Positions 25,641 to 39,854 are shown, counted from the whole stretch's first letter. The stretch: 63,869 bases of DNA, filler included, from Eremomyces bilateralis CBS 781.70 (GCA_010015585.1; 5 parts of 4 records of this genome joined end to end with filler, not necessarily neighbours in it); one strand, 5' to 3'. The notes: generated from the letters alone by a model not told the origin. A program made the numbers and translations.

Positions 25641-26414
25641 CAGGGCGCAGGGGGCTACTAAAATATCTGGTAATCAACCGATGATTACGCTAATCCGGTT
25701 TTGGACGGTTAATTCACACATAACAGGCGGAATTCCAGACGTTTTGCCTTGTAACTGATGAATCTAATCTACAGTCTCTATGCGGTTTCTCTATTAAACG
25801 TTACTAAATTTCCCAACGTCTATTCTAATCTACCGGTCTATCTACGATTAGATATATCAGCGGTTTAGAATTCAATCGGGAAATTTCCTCGATCGTTTTG
25901 CTTAATTATCGGTTGGTTAGCGGTTGGTTAACGGTTGGTTAACGGTTTGGTAGGCAAAACGTCGGCTAAGATTCGGCTTAGCTTCGGGGGTTCCTATCAA
26001 TCCGGCTCCTACCATAACTCTACGATGCTCTCCTGGACCTAATCATACGGGTAGACACGTCATAAATGAGATGAGCTTCTTATATAAGACTCAGATGACC
26101 TATAACCACTCTTAAACTCGATATTTGAGATGGCTAACACTGCTGCTGGCATAGACCCGGCGCTGTCCGGCTCCCATGCTGGAGCGGAAGATGATGAACC
26201 AGGTCTTCCAGTATGCTCCGCGCACTGCCTTTCTTATATAAATTATATAGGAAGTCCAGTCTCTGACGCATTAAGTAGCCCGAGGATTTCCAATCCTACC
26301 TCCGTAACCCGAAGAAACGGGTACGAGCGAAGCGCCATCACCACGCCGAAGCCGTCAGTGAGGACAATGCTCGCGTTGCGAAGCTGTCCAGATCAACGAG
26401 GTGGAACCATTTCT
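25641..26414 (+). mobile_element. Possible 5' end of a hAT element (RIP-damaged)
   Basis: Starts CAGGG and has CGGTTGGTT subterminal repeats at 25910-25950. One frame reads PKKRVRAKRHHH...SRSTRWNHF (BED-finger-like start) into the gap. Confidence 0.4.
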
Positions 26415-26514
26415 NNNNNNNNNNNNNNNNNNNNNNNNNNNNNNNNNNNNNNNNNNNNTTAATTAATTAANNNNNNNNNNNNNNNNNNNNNNNNNNNNNN
26501 NNNNNNNNNNNNNN
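26415..26514. other. Assembly gap linker (also at 40203-40302, 56537-56636 and 62313-62412)
   Basis: N44-TTAATTAATTAA-N44, identical at four places. Confidence 0.98.
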
Positions 26515-28503
26515 AATACGACTTCAAGATCGAGTACAAACCTGGCCGCCTGAACACCATTCCGGACGCGCTGTCCCGCCGAGACCAAGACATCCCAAAA
26601 GGATCCGACGACGAGAGAATCCGCAGTCGTTTCATTCAAGTTCTGAAGGGGGAGAGTATAGACCACCTACGAACCAACGCAACTACCACAGAGACAACCC
26701 CCCTGCAGCAGCTATGGGACGAAACTATCCCTCAGGACGAACAGTACCAAGACCTCCTAAAGGCCGCGACGGAGAATGCCAGACAGGTCCCCGCAGCGTA
26801 CAAACACTTGAAATTGTCAATGACGGACCTCTCGACTGCCGACTCCCGGCTACTATAGCGCGACAGACACTGGGTCCCGAACAGCGAACCACTGCGTACT
26901 AGCCTCCTATAAGAGATCCACGACTCGCAGGTAACCGGACACCCAGGGAAAGAAGTCATGACTGGCCTTATGGTAAAGAAATACTTTTGGCCAGGGATGA
27001 CGACCGATATCCGCAGATTCGTACGCAATTGCCACTCCTGTAGACGAAATACCATATAGAGAACCAGACGACAAGGCCTACTCCAGCCCCTACCAGTGCC
27101 CGACCGAGTATGGTCGGAGATCTCGATGGATTACATCACCGACCTACCAGAGACCAAAAGAGGGAACAAGCACCTCCTAGTAATCGTTGACCGCCTATGC
27201 AAAGGCGCGATATTCATCCCATGTCCAGATCTCTCGAGCGAAACACTGGCAGAGAAATTCATCGAGCATTACGTCGCCTACCACGGCCTGCCAACCGCTA
27301 TTACGTCAGACCGCGGTGATCAATTCGTTAAGGGCGTTTGGTCCCATGTCTGTAAACTAGCAAACATCAAGCAACGCCTATCGACCGCATACCATCCCGA
27401 GACTGACGGTTCTACTAAACGCATGAACCAGAACATCGAAGAGTTCATCCGCCACTTCTCCGGATACCACCAAGATAGTTGGGATACACTGCTCCCCTTC
27501 GCGCAAGCCGCCGTTCTTAGCAAACCCGTTACAGCTACAGGAATGTCCCCGTTCTTCATAACCCACGGATACCACCCCCGCCTCGGCGAATCGATCGACT
27601 TACCCGAAGCCCGAGCCTCCGACCGCCTACCACGTAGTCCAGCAGAAGCAGCCGAAGCAAAGATTAGGAAGCTTCAAGACTGCGTTAACTTCGCCCAGGC
27701 AGCTATGGCCTCCGCTTAACAACGCCAACAGGATATTACCAACCGCCACCGCGACCCAGCCCCAGCCTACAGGGTCGGCGACAAAGTCTGGCTAGACATG
27801 CGCAATATTAAGCTCCCAGACAACCGTAAACGCAAGTTAGCTCGACTCTATGAACAGTTCACAGTTACAGAGGTCGTCGGACGTAGCGCCTGCCGCCTGA
27901 ATACCCCAGTGGGCATCCATAACGTATTCCATAATATGCTCATACGCCCCACGGCCAACGACCCATTCCCAAGCCAGCGACAAGACGACGTACAGCCCGA
28001 TCCTATTGACGTAGACGGCCACAATGAATGGGCCCTGCTGGAGATATTAGACGACCGCGTTAAACGAGGCAGAGGTAGAGGCGGACCACTAAAGAGGGAA
28101 TTCCTTTGCCGATGGGAGGGATACGCCGAACTTAGCTAGGAGGCAGACTGGTGCGTATAAGATATAATAGCCCTAGACAAATACGAGGAGAAGATAGGCA
28201 GGAATATCCTTCATAAACCCCTAAGGATCTCTTGACCCCTTAAACTGGGAGGAGGGGGGTATTGTTATGGTTCCAGGCCTGTAGCCTGTCTCCTGAATGA
28301 TAGTCACGTGACTAAGTCAACTGTCGAAGTCTTGGACATCGCGCACGCGTCGTAGATAGCTCTTCTTCTTTAGCTTTGCAATAAATGAAAGTGGTTCTCG
28401 TAACTTCTGCGATCAAACCGTCTCAGCCATGGTGGGAACTCACGGGCGCGCCTGATCGAGTGAGAGAATATCACGATGTATACAAGGACTCCCCTGCGTT
28501 ACA
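26515..28503 (+). mobile_element. Ty3/Gypsy chromovirus 3' part (RNase H end, integrase, chromodomain, PPT, 3' LTR 28263-28503)
   Basis: KPGRLNTIPDALSRR, HHCC zinc finger, ISMDYITDLP, SDRG, TAYHPETDG, HNVFH and chromodomain FLCRWEGY. PPT GGGAGGAGGGGGG precedes TGTTA...TTACA. In-frame RIP-type stops. Confidence 0.92.
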
Positions 28504-28951
28504 TCCATCTTTCTTCGACGAGGAAATTTAGCGTGACTTCGTCTACGCCCTTGCGATTGATACGTTCCGATAATCGGAACAATGAGATGCGATGGGCTAA
28601 AGTAGACGCTAGAACCGCTCTGCCGACCAAGGTACCGGCCTAGATAATAGCGGGACACCTTCTCGACTACTCTAGCGAGACGAGGTATCTAGACGAGGAG
28701 CTACTGAATAATCGTCTAGAGAGGCCTATCTTAAGACTCAGAGGACTTCGCGTGTTTTAAGGAGGGGGTAGTGTAAAGGATCGAAGATTGAATTCAGTCT
28801 GATGCCTTGGGGCCTTGGGATGTGGATGCCTTACGGCCTCACGATGTGTTGTGGTCACGAATCACAGAGTTTTGCCTCATTCTTCGTGCCCTGACAATGG
28901 GCGAAAGAGACGGTTTCCCTACCGTAGCACGCCCATCGATGCTGGAGGATA
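28504..28951 (+). mobile_element. Second Gypsy 3' remnant: PPT and start of an LTR at 28772
   Basis: AAGGAGGGGGTAG followed by TGTAAAGG. The LTR is interrupted by the MITE at 28952 and its right end was not determined. Confidence 0.55.
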
Positions 28952-29481
28952 TCCGCGCCCCTGGTTCGTTCGCTGACGCTTACTCATCCTCATTCTGAGG
29001 ACGCTCATAGTAGTGAGCGCCTGTCAAGATCTGATGTCATTACTTAGTCATCCGTTTCCCCGCTTCGGCTATTACTTAGTCATTCGTTTCCCCTCTTCGG
29101 CTATTACTTAGTCATAGGTATATCTACCTCGTTCGGTACTCTACTTCTTACAGAAATAAAAGCACTTTACATTCTTCGTCACGTAACCTATTGCTTCCGT
29201 GTGGATAGACACGCTAAGCTATCAACAGCGCCAACCTACTAAACGAGACTGCGGTCTAAACGATATAACATACAAACTGGAAATTTTGCGAAATTTTGAC
29301 TTAGGCTCAAGCTCCACAATGCGTAGACTTATACTTGTAAATATGATTTTCGGCACTTTGACTACCTATAGAACCTGTTTACAAATTTTGTCCACAGTCT
29401 CGTTTAGTAGGTTGGCGCTCACTGTGAGCGTCCTCAGAATGACGATGAGTAAGCGTCAGCGAACGAACCAGGGGGCGCGGA
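28952..29481. mobile_element. Non-autonomous pogo/Fot1-family element (MITE-like)
   Basis: TA|TCCGCGCCCCTGGTTCG...CGAACCAGGGGGCGCGGA|TA, ~95-bp TIRs related to the element at 42356-49294, no ORF. Confidence 0.9.
29022..29227 (+). mobile_element. Solo LTR inside the left TIR of the MITE
   Basis: TGTC...CAACA flanked by a GCGCC 5-bp TSD, with three ATTACTTAGTCAT repeats. Related to the solo LTR at 42478. Confidence 0.88.
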
Positions 29482-30131
29482 TAGCCTATGGCAAAGCTTG
29501 CAAGCCTTAGCCACTCGACTGGCTGCGGTCAAGCTACATTTCTCCAAGAATATTGCCGAGAGAGCCTCACCGCAACGTCATTGCTCGAAATCTCGCATTT
29601 GCTAGAGGGATCGACTCTCCTTAACTCTAAGAATACACTCTCAGGTTCCCAGCCTATACCACGGGGAGGTAAGAGTCGTCGCAGGCCCTGATCCTTGGAT
29701 CATCGGAGGTCTCCAAACTTTAAACTTTACGCGAACTTCGTAAGCAACAGGATTTATAATCCTTCGGACTCTCGGCCAAGCCAGGCCCGTGAGACTACAC
29801 GGAGTTCGGACTACAGTTGATGGCGAGATTGATACAGGAAGCAGCCTGCGCGTCACTTACTTGCGGTAGCTGAGCAAGCACTAACTAGGCAGAAGCCGGG
29901 CCGCGTCGTAGTAACGCATTGCGACGACTAGCTATGTGTTGCAACATGCCCCAGACCTGTTATAGGCAGTCCTAACGTCGAACTGCTGCGTGACACCCTC
30001 GATAGAGTTTATTTCACAGCTATATACACCTGATGGGAGCTCGTCGTTTATATGTCGTTCTAAAATATCCAGTTTCATCATCCGTTGATCTCAACAAAGT
30101 TAAAAAGCACAGCGCAACAGCATCTTCAATC

Positions 30132-30782
30132 ATGCGTGTTCTCGTTATTGGTGGCAATGGACAGACTGGTCGTCTCGTTATCGATGAAGCATTACAGCGC
30201 GGCCACAAGATTACAGCCTTGATTCGGAATCCCTCTGCACTTCCAGCCATGGAAGGCTTGAACATCGTAAAGGGCACACCAGTGGAACCTTCGAACATCG
30301 AAAGCGCTTTCAACGCAGTCCAAGGCGACCTCCCTACTGCTGTGATCGTCACGCTTTCATCCCCGAAAGAAAAGGGGACTCGAGTCATGTCTAACGCGCA
30401 CGAAAACCTCGTCGCTGCGATGAAGAGGCATGGCGTTTCCAAAATTGCGACAATGTCTTCATTTGGGGTTGGGTCTTCTTTCGCCAATATTACTGTGATT
30501 ATGAGATGGGCAATTTCCAACACCGGCCTTGGGCATCCATTCGCAGATCATAATCATGTCGATGAAATACTCAAGAGGAGCGGATTGAAATTCGTGGTGT
30601 TAAGGCCAGCGAGACTGACTATGGCAAAAAAAGCACCCGTTCAGTTCCTTGGCGACGATGGGAAAGGACTCGGTATTTTCGCGGGTCTGGGGGGGATCTC
30701 GAGGGCTAGTGTGGCGGCGTGTCTGGTGGATGCTGTTGAGAAGAGCACCTGGGATCGAAGCACTCCTGTGATATCGAACTGA
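30132..30782 (+). CDS. NAD(P)H-binding Rossmann reductase (flavin reductase/BLVRB-like atypical SDR)
   Basis: MRVLVIGGNGQTG, TALIRNP, MSSFG, SGLKFVVLRPARL and ISRASVA. Intronless and intact, 216 aa. Confidence 0.88.
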   Translation: MRVLVIGGNGQTGRLVIDEALQRGHKITALIRNPSALPAMEGLNIVKGTPVEPSNIESAFNAVQGDLPTAVIVTLSSPKEKGTRVMSNAHENLVAAMKRHGVSKIATMSSFGVGSSFANITVIMRWAISNTGLGHPFADHNHVDEILKRSGLKFVVLRPARLTMAKKAPVQFLGDDGKGLGIFAGLGGISRASVAACLVDAVEKSTWDRSTPVISN

Positions 30783-30983
30783 TGGGGTGTCATGGTATGG
30801 GTCCCTGTGCCCTAGAACTGTAAGGACACAGGTGACAAAAGAGGTCTGTGGCTGACGCCTGTTGTCGCAAGATGCCCCTGTTGGTTTCTACTGCCCTAAC
30901 TTTCCTTTCACTGCCCATTACCCCTAGGCTAGGCCTATTTCGGACAGCTTAGTGTTTTCCCTTGTATTTAGTTATCTTCAACT

Positions 30984-33900
30984 ACGAACATCTCACTCCA
31001 GCCGAATCTATTTTTTGGAATTTGACCACAATCACGACACTCAATTAACGCGAAACCTACTGCGGAATATCCGCTGCATCTCTAGCTTTCGATTGATATC
31101 AGTCGAGGGCCGGAAATGGTAGGCGTGAAACCGCAATGGCCTCAAATTCGCAAATTTGAAGGCACCTCACCCCGGCATCTATCAATCCATATCAATGAAG
31201 TTATCAAAAGTCTGACAGACTTCGCGGCCCCAAATGGGCCCACGAAAACCGGCAAAGCATTGCCATGGGACAAGTTCAACATGCTTTCCCAGCTCATCGA
31301 GCGTTATATATCGGAAACGGAGGACGCGCCATCGCCAGCCAAACTGTATAATGCGCTACAGAAGATCGAACTCCGCACCTAATCCATTGGAAAAGCAGTC
31401 GAAACAATAAAGTACAACCAGGAGTTCGCTCCAAAGTCCCAAGTGAATACACAGCTGAAATCATGGGCACAAGCCGCGGCAGCAGCCCCCCCGCCACCAA
31501 TAGTTCTATTACGAATGACCCCCAGCCTCGCAGCATCTATTGCAGCACTAGAGCATCGCCTACTCACTATTAGAATGAACAACCCAGCGGAAGTGAGCGC
31601 GATCCGCGCAACCATAGAACCAGAGCGGACAATTGTTAGGAACCTGAACAACAGGCTTAAAAACCGTGCTAACAACGACCCCTTTTTCAAGGGCGTACAA
31701 TTTAACGCGTCCAAAATCCTCCCAAGCGGAGATATCCGCCTATACGCAGGCACCCCAAGCCAAGCCGAACTACTCCGACACCACCGAGACGCCTGGCAAG
31801 ACGTCCTGGGCGATAACGCTGAATGCCTGTTGCCGGTGTTTAGCATAGTCATCTACGGCGTCGCCCGTCGATCAATAGAATCTTATAACCCCGAGACGAT
31901 CCTACGGAAGTAGGAATTCGAGAACCGGATGGTCATTAACGAGAACCAATGTATCAGCAACTGGCGCTAGCTGAAAAAGCTACGGGATAACCAACGGGAT
32001 GGCTCTATTATCCTAGACCTCTCTAACGAACGAGTCGCTAACTAAATCCTCTAAGCGAATACGCTAAACTGGGACGGCACTATCAAACGTGTCGACCGCT
32101 TCGACCGATCCTATCAGATCAAAAGATACTTCAAATGCTACCAATACGGACACATAGGACCACAGTGTCGGAATCCCCTCACATGTGGCAAATGCGCGGC
32201 CCTTAACGGGCACAAGACCGAAGACTATACGGCCCCAGAAGACGCTATCAAATGCGTCCTCTGCAAAGGACCACACGTTGCCTGGTCATCTACCTGCCGC
32301 TTCTATAAGGACGAATCGCTCCGGGCACGCAAAGCCCGAGAAATGATCAAAATCAACCGCTTCTGGCCAGAAGCACCCATCGCTATTATACCTGGCCCCT
32401 CAGAGATCTTATCTCAGCCACGAAGCCCCCCCCAATCGGCTATAACGCCAGAAACGGCGTCGTTATCGCAAGCCCCACCCATAGCAGTACAAATCCTAAG
32501 CCCAGATCCGGACGACGACCAATTTATGCGCGACCGCGACCAGATCGCAGGATAGAAACGCATTAATCATGATGCCTCACCACAGTAAAGGGCGAGAAAA
32601 AAGACGCCGTTCGGAAATAGCAACCGCTAACCCATAACCACAACCCAAATTGGATCGGATGGATCACCACGAAAGAGGGCCCAGGCCTACACCAGAGCCA
32701 AATCTACGCTAGGACTGACGGTATTCGCCGACAGCGGGGCCTTTGAAGACTAAGAGAACCGCTCGGATCTCTGCAGTAGCTTGGGAGCTACTACACGAAG
32801 TTAGTCGAAGGGAGTAAGAATCACCGAAGACCTAATACAATAAACCGTCTATTAATAAGTCAAGAACCTGACTACGATATAATCAAAGTTCTCTAATATA
32901 ACACCGAAAATAGCTACGAATACCTCTAGGTCCTACTCCGTGACGATATAGTCTAGACCTTCGACGTTATCGCTATCTAGGAGCCGTGGCTAAACCTACA
33001 CACGGACTAACTATCAACCACGAACCCAGCCTTAGAGTACTTCTATCTCTTCTTCCCACCGCACGCGAAGGCAAGAGTCTACCTCTTCATTAATAAAAAA
33101 CTCCCGCTCTAATCCCTTCAGATACGCGACTTCGGCGGTAACCTTACCGCAATTACGATCCAGCTGGAGTACCGCCCACCACTCTATATCCCCAATATCT
33201 ATAATCCGAACCTACTCGCGCCGTACAACCGACTAAACGGGCTCCTACGAAAGTGCCAACTCCCTAGGCTTAACAACGCCCTGCGCCGTCTGCTACGAAA
33301 CGCAGGGAAGCTCATCGTTGGAGATTTCAACCTTCACTACCCTAGATGGGGTCCCTAAAAGGACCGAATTAACTATGCAAAATCCGCCGCGTTCCTTATC
33401 GAGCTTATCGAGGCATACGGCCTCGTACTTAGTATCGAGCTAGGCACAATTACCCGCCCAGGACGTAGGAACAATAAAGAAAAAGATGGGAGCACGATCG
33501 ACCTAAATCTCCTCTCGGACGACATCTTTAACCTCTTACTCGTTATAGGCATAAGAGAAGATCTATCTACAGGCAGCGACTACCTCCCGATTAAGACGGT
33601 TATAGGAATCCCGAAACCACGCGCCGAAGTAATTCAACGCCGGAACTGGGCGACCATAGACCAAACGATCTTCTACAACATCCTCGACAGAATCCAGCCG
33701 CCGCAGACACTCTAGACCCCCCAGGCAATTGACGAGTACACCTCTTACCTCATTAACACCCTCTAAGAAGCTATTAAGGCTTCTACGCCACTTACCCGAG
33801 TTATACCTCACTTAAAGCCAGGATAGACACCGGAATGTACCGAGGCACTCTACGAGTTTAAGCGCGCAAAAAGGAGGTTCAACCGATACCCGTCGGAGGA

Positions 33901-36900
33901 GAACCAAATCGTATACCAGATCGCGAAGAGAGAGAAGACTAAGCTTATTAGATCTACCCTCCGCGAGGGATACCGGAACAGGATTAACTTAGTCGACACT
34001 ATAGAGGACCTCTAGCGTCTCGTAAAGTGGGCAAAAAACCGCCATACACCACGCACCACCTTTATACCAGATATTAAGATAGACGGAATACCATAGCGCA
34101 CGATCTCGGGAAAGACAAAAGCGTTACGGACTACATTCTTCCCTACTCTACCAGAAGCTGACCTTACCGACATCGCCACCTTTGACTATCCCTCGCCACT
34201 CGTGATGCCAAGCATCCAGGAACACGAAATCGAAGACGCTATCCGAATAACGGCACTAAACAAGGCTCCTGGCCCCGATAGGATCCCCTATAAAGTCATC
34301 TAGCTAGCAGCTCGCTATATTATCCCTAATCTTAATAATCTAATGAACCAATGCCTCGCAAGCGGCTACTACCCGACATACTTCCGCTCTACAACGACGG
34401 TTACACTCCGTAAACTAGGTAAGACCGACTATACTATCCCTAAGTTATATAGACCTATCGCGCTACTAAATATAGTGGGTAAGGTCTTTAATAAAGTCCT
34501 TACTATACGACTCTCGCACCTAGCGGAGGGATTCTACCTTCTACCCCGAACGTATACCGGGGGAAGGAAAGCGAGCGGCTGCGAGCACGCCCTCTACCTC
34601 CTCCTCGAAAAGGTCCACGCCGCATGGCAACACTAAAGTAAAAAGACCGTTAGTATTCTCTTCCTCGACGTAGGCGGAGCCTTCGATAACGTATACCACG
34701 AGCGTCTTATCTACTGCCTTAAAAAGCGCTGTGTCCCCACAATCATTGTCAATTAGGTTACCAGCTGGCTAGAATCCCGCAACACATCAATCGCTCTACC
34801 AGAAGGAACCTCAGAGTTAATACCTACCCCGACCGGGATCCCACAGGGATCACCTATCTTACCTATCCTGTTCCTGTTCTATAACGCGGACCTACTCGAC
34901 TAGTATAACGAAGGAGTCTAAGGAGGGTCAGCATTAGGATATATCGACGACGTGGGCCTTATTGCCCAAGGAGAGTTAACGACGGAGACCGTGGAACGGC
35001 TAAACACACTCCATAGACGCGCACAAATATAGGCAAGATACACAGGGGCAGCATTCGCACCGGCGAAATACCAGCTTATCTATTTCTGCCCTAAGACAGC
35101 CAACATGGAGGAGAAATCCCGATCAATCACTATCAACAACACCGATATTAGACCCTGCCTAAGCGCCAGATACCTAGGGGTATACCTCGATCCGGAGCTC
35201 TCCGGCTCTATCCATCTCTAGGAGATAGCCAAATCAGCTGCTAAACAACTCGGGGCCATCGCGTCGTTAGGGGCCTCCTCATAGGGACTCAAGATACACC
35301 AGCTACGCCAGCTCTACATCGCAACCATCATACCAAAGCTCACATTTGCGGCCTCATGCTGGTATATACCGGAAGGAGGATGGGGATACGTAGGACGTAC
35401 CAAAGCCGTCATTAAAACACTCGGAGATATCCAGAAACGAGCCCTATGCCTTATCACAGGAGGCTTTCGCACCACAGCAGCCTCCGCACTCGAAATCGAC
35501 GCCCAAGTACCACCAATCAAGCATACACTCCAACGAGCAATCGAGAGCGCATTCTATAGGATACGAAGCTCGCCGCTATACCCACTCATTATCCAGCCTC
35601 GCGACCGAATCCACTGCGCTATAATCGTACTCTAGAGCCCTCTACAGAAGCTCGAAACTAATATCCGCAATAAACAGGGCCCGCATAGCCCACCACCGAT
35701 TAAACCACTGCTACCGGCGAACTGGCCGCTATAGACACTTAAGCCGGATGTCCGTATCGCCCTCTCTAATGAGATGGCAACCAGGGAACACGATAAGAAG
35801 GCCTACGGCACCGAACTCGTGTTTTATACTAATAGAAGTGATCTAAACGGACAAGTAGGAGCCGCTGCCTACTTCCTAACCAGGCGTCAAGAGCGGATAA
35901 ACTACATGGGCCCCCGGTCCGTAAGCAACATCTACGCAGCCGAACTTCGTGGGATCCAATTAGCGCTGGACATAGCAGACCAGCACTCGGGAATCAAGAG
36001 AAGGACGGTTGCCTTAACCCCCCAACGCCGAATCCCACTTCCATCAGAGACTACCCACATCTACATCTTCGCCGACAGCCAGGGAGCCCCCAAAGCGCTC
36101 CTAAGCCCGCAAACTCACTCAGGACAATACTACGTCCTAGACATCCTCTACCGCCTCCAGCTCTTCAAGAGCGCGGGATACGCGGTGCACCTCTACTGGA
36201 TCCCTTCCTACTGCGGCATTCTGGGCAACGAGCAAGCTAACGAGCTAGCAAAACGAGCCACAGGATGGACGAGGATAAGCCACGATGGACGGAGGGCCTC
36301 CCTACCGGAGAACCACGTAACACTCCTCTCTGCAACGAGACGAGATACGCGCGACCGGACCGCCACCGAGTGGGCGACCGAATGGGAACGCGGCGAAACA
36401 GGCAGAACACTCTTCCGCCTAGCCCCGAAACCATCGCGCGCTTTGCTCAAGATCCACCGATCTCTAAATAAGGCCCAATCATCAGTCCTGACACAACTTC
36501 GCTCCGGGAAGGTGGCCCTGGCCAGCTACCTCTCCCGCATCAACGCAGCCGATTCGTCCCTCTATACTTGCGGTACAGACTAGACCCTAAGGCATATCCT
36601 TACGGAATGCCCGAACTTTGACCAGTTACGCGATACAATTTGGCCTGACGGCCAGCCTACAGACCTTCGGATCCTCCTAGGAACCGCCGCAGGTGCCCCA
36701 AAAGTAACAAAACTATTGCTCCAAATAGGCCTTCTAAGCCAATTCAGGCAACTAAAGACCGCGATCTAACTCACCTAGCCTACCACCGATGTTACATCTC
36801 TGATTAACATTAACAGTAAGTCTCCACCGACACCGTATGAAGACGGATAGTACTAACGTCCCGAAACAAACAAAGCCTAATGATAAAGCATCCCAGGCGG

Positions 36901-37165
36901 GAGTTATACTGCTTTAACCTTTCTCCTTGTAGAACCCCTACCATTGTCTATGGTCTTTCCGAGGGTTTTTTCCTAATTGTTTGATACTATCCAGTTCGGG
37001 AGTCTTAGCACTCCCTTAGGTATAGATGAGGCGGGGGCCGATAGCCCCCGCACTGTTCGCCCTGCCCATATCTAGTTCTAGCCCACCGGAGACGGTGAGG
37101 CTGCCCGCCTGTGAAAATAGAAATACCCAGCATAGCGGCTCTTAAAGCCAGCTGAAATGGAGTAG

Positions 37166-37196
<31 letters not shown>
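30984..37196 (+). mobile_element. Full-length Tad1-like LINE, RIP-inactivated
   Basis: 13-bp TSD GTTATCTTCAACT (30971-30983 and 37197-37209) and a 26-nt poly(A). ORF1 from 31116 has CCHC knuckles. ORF2 (~32860-36769) has APE (DVIAI*EPW, GDFN), RT (GIPQGSP, YIDD) and RNase H (YAAEL, DSQ, GNEQA), with many TAA/TAG stops. Confidence 0.95.
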
Positions 37197-37197
<1 letters not shown>

Positions 37198-37623
37198 TTA
37201 TCTTCAACTGTTTTGCTAGCTAGATCTCCTTTTTGGGGAGACAATGGGAATCGTCAAGACCAACTTGCGTTGTGACTCTACAGCAACTGAGCTAAAGAAG
37301 CAAACGTGCTTAATCATCACCCACGCGTGATGCGACACCTGTTACGCCACACATAGACTTGAGACATCTACCGTTTTATATGTTCTACACACGTTTGGGA
37401 TACTCCCATCACATTCCTTATCATTTCCTTTGTATACAGTGCGTATTCAGCAGGATCTAGAGTCATACTATGTATGTAGAAAGCGCTGTCCTCCAAACTC
37501 CAAGAGGAAAGGGGGGGACAGAGACGAATATCAGAGCAGTCTTGGGGTATACTACGTATAACTTATATGTGACCCTCCCACTCGTCACGAGATCTACCGG
37601 AAATCACGTTTTCCCTCACTAAG

Positions 37624-38160
37624 CTATCCTATAGCGACCGTAGTGCTGCTGTACTCTATGGTCTTATCAAGACTCCTTATTGTATTCTTACTTTTGCGTA
37701 TGAAGCGGTGTGCGGTTGCCGCCCAGATGAATAGGCCGCTAGCATTTTGAACAAGACTCTTAATGATCTCCCTTCCTGGCCAGTCGGCCGCGAAGGAGCG
37801 TTCCTGGGTGAGAAGTCTAAGTTTGTATTCTAGATAGATACTGATATCATGATCAACAATCGATGGTGATATATTATGGAGCACAAAGTCCCGGCGTTCA
37901 GTATCCGATATCTGGTAGAAACCGTGTCGGATTGGAATCTCGGGTCGGCTCGTTAGGAAGACTCGTAGTCGAACCGTCTTTAGCGATTAAGCTTCGGCCA
38001 ACAGGCTTATGATGGTCCGGATGTTATCGTCGTTATCGCACTCGTCAAGAGCATCAACGATAACAACGTACCAGGGCTGGCAATCCTTTTCACACTCTTA
38101 TCCCAGCTTTAACAGCGGGCCAAGGATGAGCTGATGTCACTGGTCGCGAAGAGACACGGA
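37624..38160 (-). pseudogene. NACHT-domain (HET-E-like NLR) gene fragment
   Basis: VIVDALDEC Walker B, RVFLTSRPE, DHDISIYL and ASGLFIWAATA. It has internal stops and no Walker A or repeat domain. Confidence 0.85.
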
Positions 38161-39854
38161 TCAGAATTCGAATTAAATCTCTTGTGATTAGACTAACCTC
38201 TTCGTCCCTAATTTTGAAATAGAGCTTATCCATTATCAACGGATCATCGACCTTATCGTCCTAATTCTGAGGTCAGAAATTACATAAACCGGAGCTTCAG
38301 ACTTACAAGCAATAGACAGCGCAGTCCTATGAATAACATGTTGCCAAGTGGCATCGATATGCAGCCACAAGCTATTTAGGAGCTTAGAGGGAGTATATGA
38401 GAAAAGGAGATCGCGGAAGCAAGAGAGGTGGGAAGGTTTTGGTCACTTACGTTTTAAGAAGTGCAGTAGGATTAGATTGTTAATCTATTATTAGGAACAA
38501 ACGGCTTAATCTGGCTGTTTCTTTGACTGTCATAGAAGGCATCCAGATTTAGCAAATGACGTACTTTAGAGGCCAATTTCTCTAATGACAGGAGCATTCA
38601 GAAAGTCATGTTCGAACAGGGATAGTTAAAGAATGTCCAATCGATATTTGGCGCTAATTCTACCTATCAGCTAACCGGCCACGTTCCGGAAGATCATCTG
38701 TTGTCGGGGACCTCCTGGCGAACCCTGATCGGGTGGCGCTTTCACGTGGGAACTCCCACACGATCGGCGAGACTTAGAAACCTTATTGGCCCTCAGTCTC
38801 GAACACATTATATAATAAGGGATTGAGTACTTCATGCTTCGTAGTCGAACATCAGCAGCCGGCCAGACCATCGATGGTGACCGGTCGAGGCAACCCGAAT
38901 GGGGGGCTTGGACTGCCAACTGCTCCCGTCTGGTTGGTGGTCAAGTGGGATTGTGGGAATCTCTGACGCCATTGGAACGTGGAAACTAGACTACGGACGT
39001 ACCGTACCTACGAACGCGGGGTATATTCCCTGTCCTTCTCTACAGGCACGGCACACGCTGCGAATTAGCTCAACCGTCGGAAGTTCCCGATTCGCCTATT
39101 TCGCTGGCTCTCGAAGACTTTTCGGGCGGCTGTCTGGACGTCAATCTCGTGTGTTAAGACGGGCTGGCTGTGACGAATTAAATTGAAGGTGGCGCACCAG
39201 GAGGGAATATGTTCACGTAGACCGGTTCGGGTCGGACACATTCTGGTGATCCGGGAAGCTCTACCACAGTAGACCAGGAGAGGGCGCTCAAATTGAGTCA
39301 GCCCCTCCACAGAAAGGCGATTTTACGAGATTGACTATGACTTATATGTCGCATTTGTACCACATGGTCCTATCAAGGATTACCATATTCAGTTCTATCC
39401 CCCGTAACCCTGAGAATCAAGAAGTGCTAGATTCCTTGGCAAGAGGCTAATAAACTCGCCGAATAATCCCCCTTGGATGGAACACGCGATAATATGCGTG
39501 ATCAGGCTCTGGAAACTTACTTCCGCCGTCGTTTTACGATAGAACCCATGCCTAGTGACGTATCTATATGATGTAGTGTGTAGAGTTACTGCGAAGGGCT
39601 AGCTAAAGGCCCTACCCATTCGCTTGGTTCCATCCGACTTGCATCGTGGCCTTGAACTCCGTGGGGACACATTTCCATAAGGGTTTGGTGCCACGCAGCC
39701 CTACAGAAGAGTTTCATAGGGAAGATTATTTTATGCAATTTGAAGCCTCAGGCTCCCAGAACTGATGCCTTGGTGTGCCTAAACTAATTGATCCTGGGTT
39801 TTATCTGCGCCATCGCTATTGGTTGGACTGCGGAGCTGGACCAGAATTTATGTC

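Noticed and set aside
26415..26514. TTAATTAATTAA motif repeated four times in the window
   Set aside because: Always centred in N runs; it is an artificial scaffold linker.
30819..37282. LTR hosting the LINE (TGTAAGG at 30819 to CTACA at ~37282)
   Set aside because: Flanks AGAAC and GCAAC do not form a TSD and no second copy is present to define the ends.
38400..39840. Possible degraded Starship captain or other gene
   Set aside because: The frames I translated by hand show no tyrosine recombinase or other recognizable motifs.
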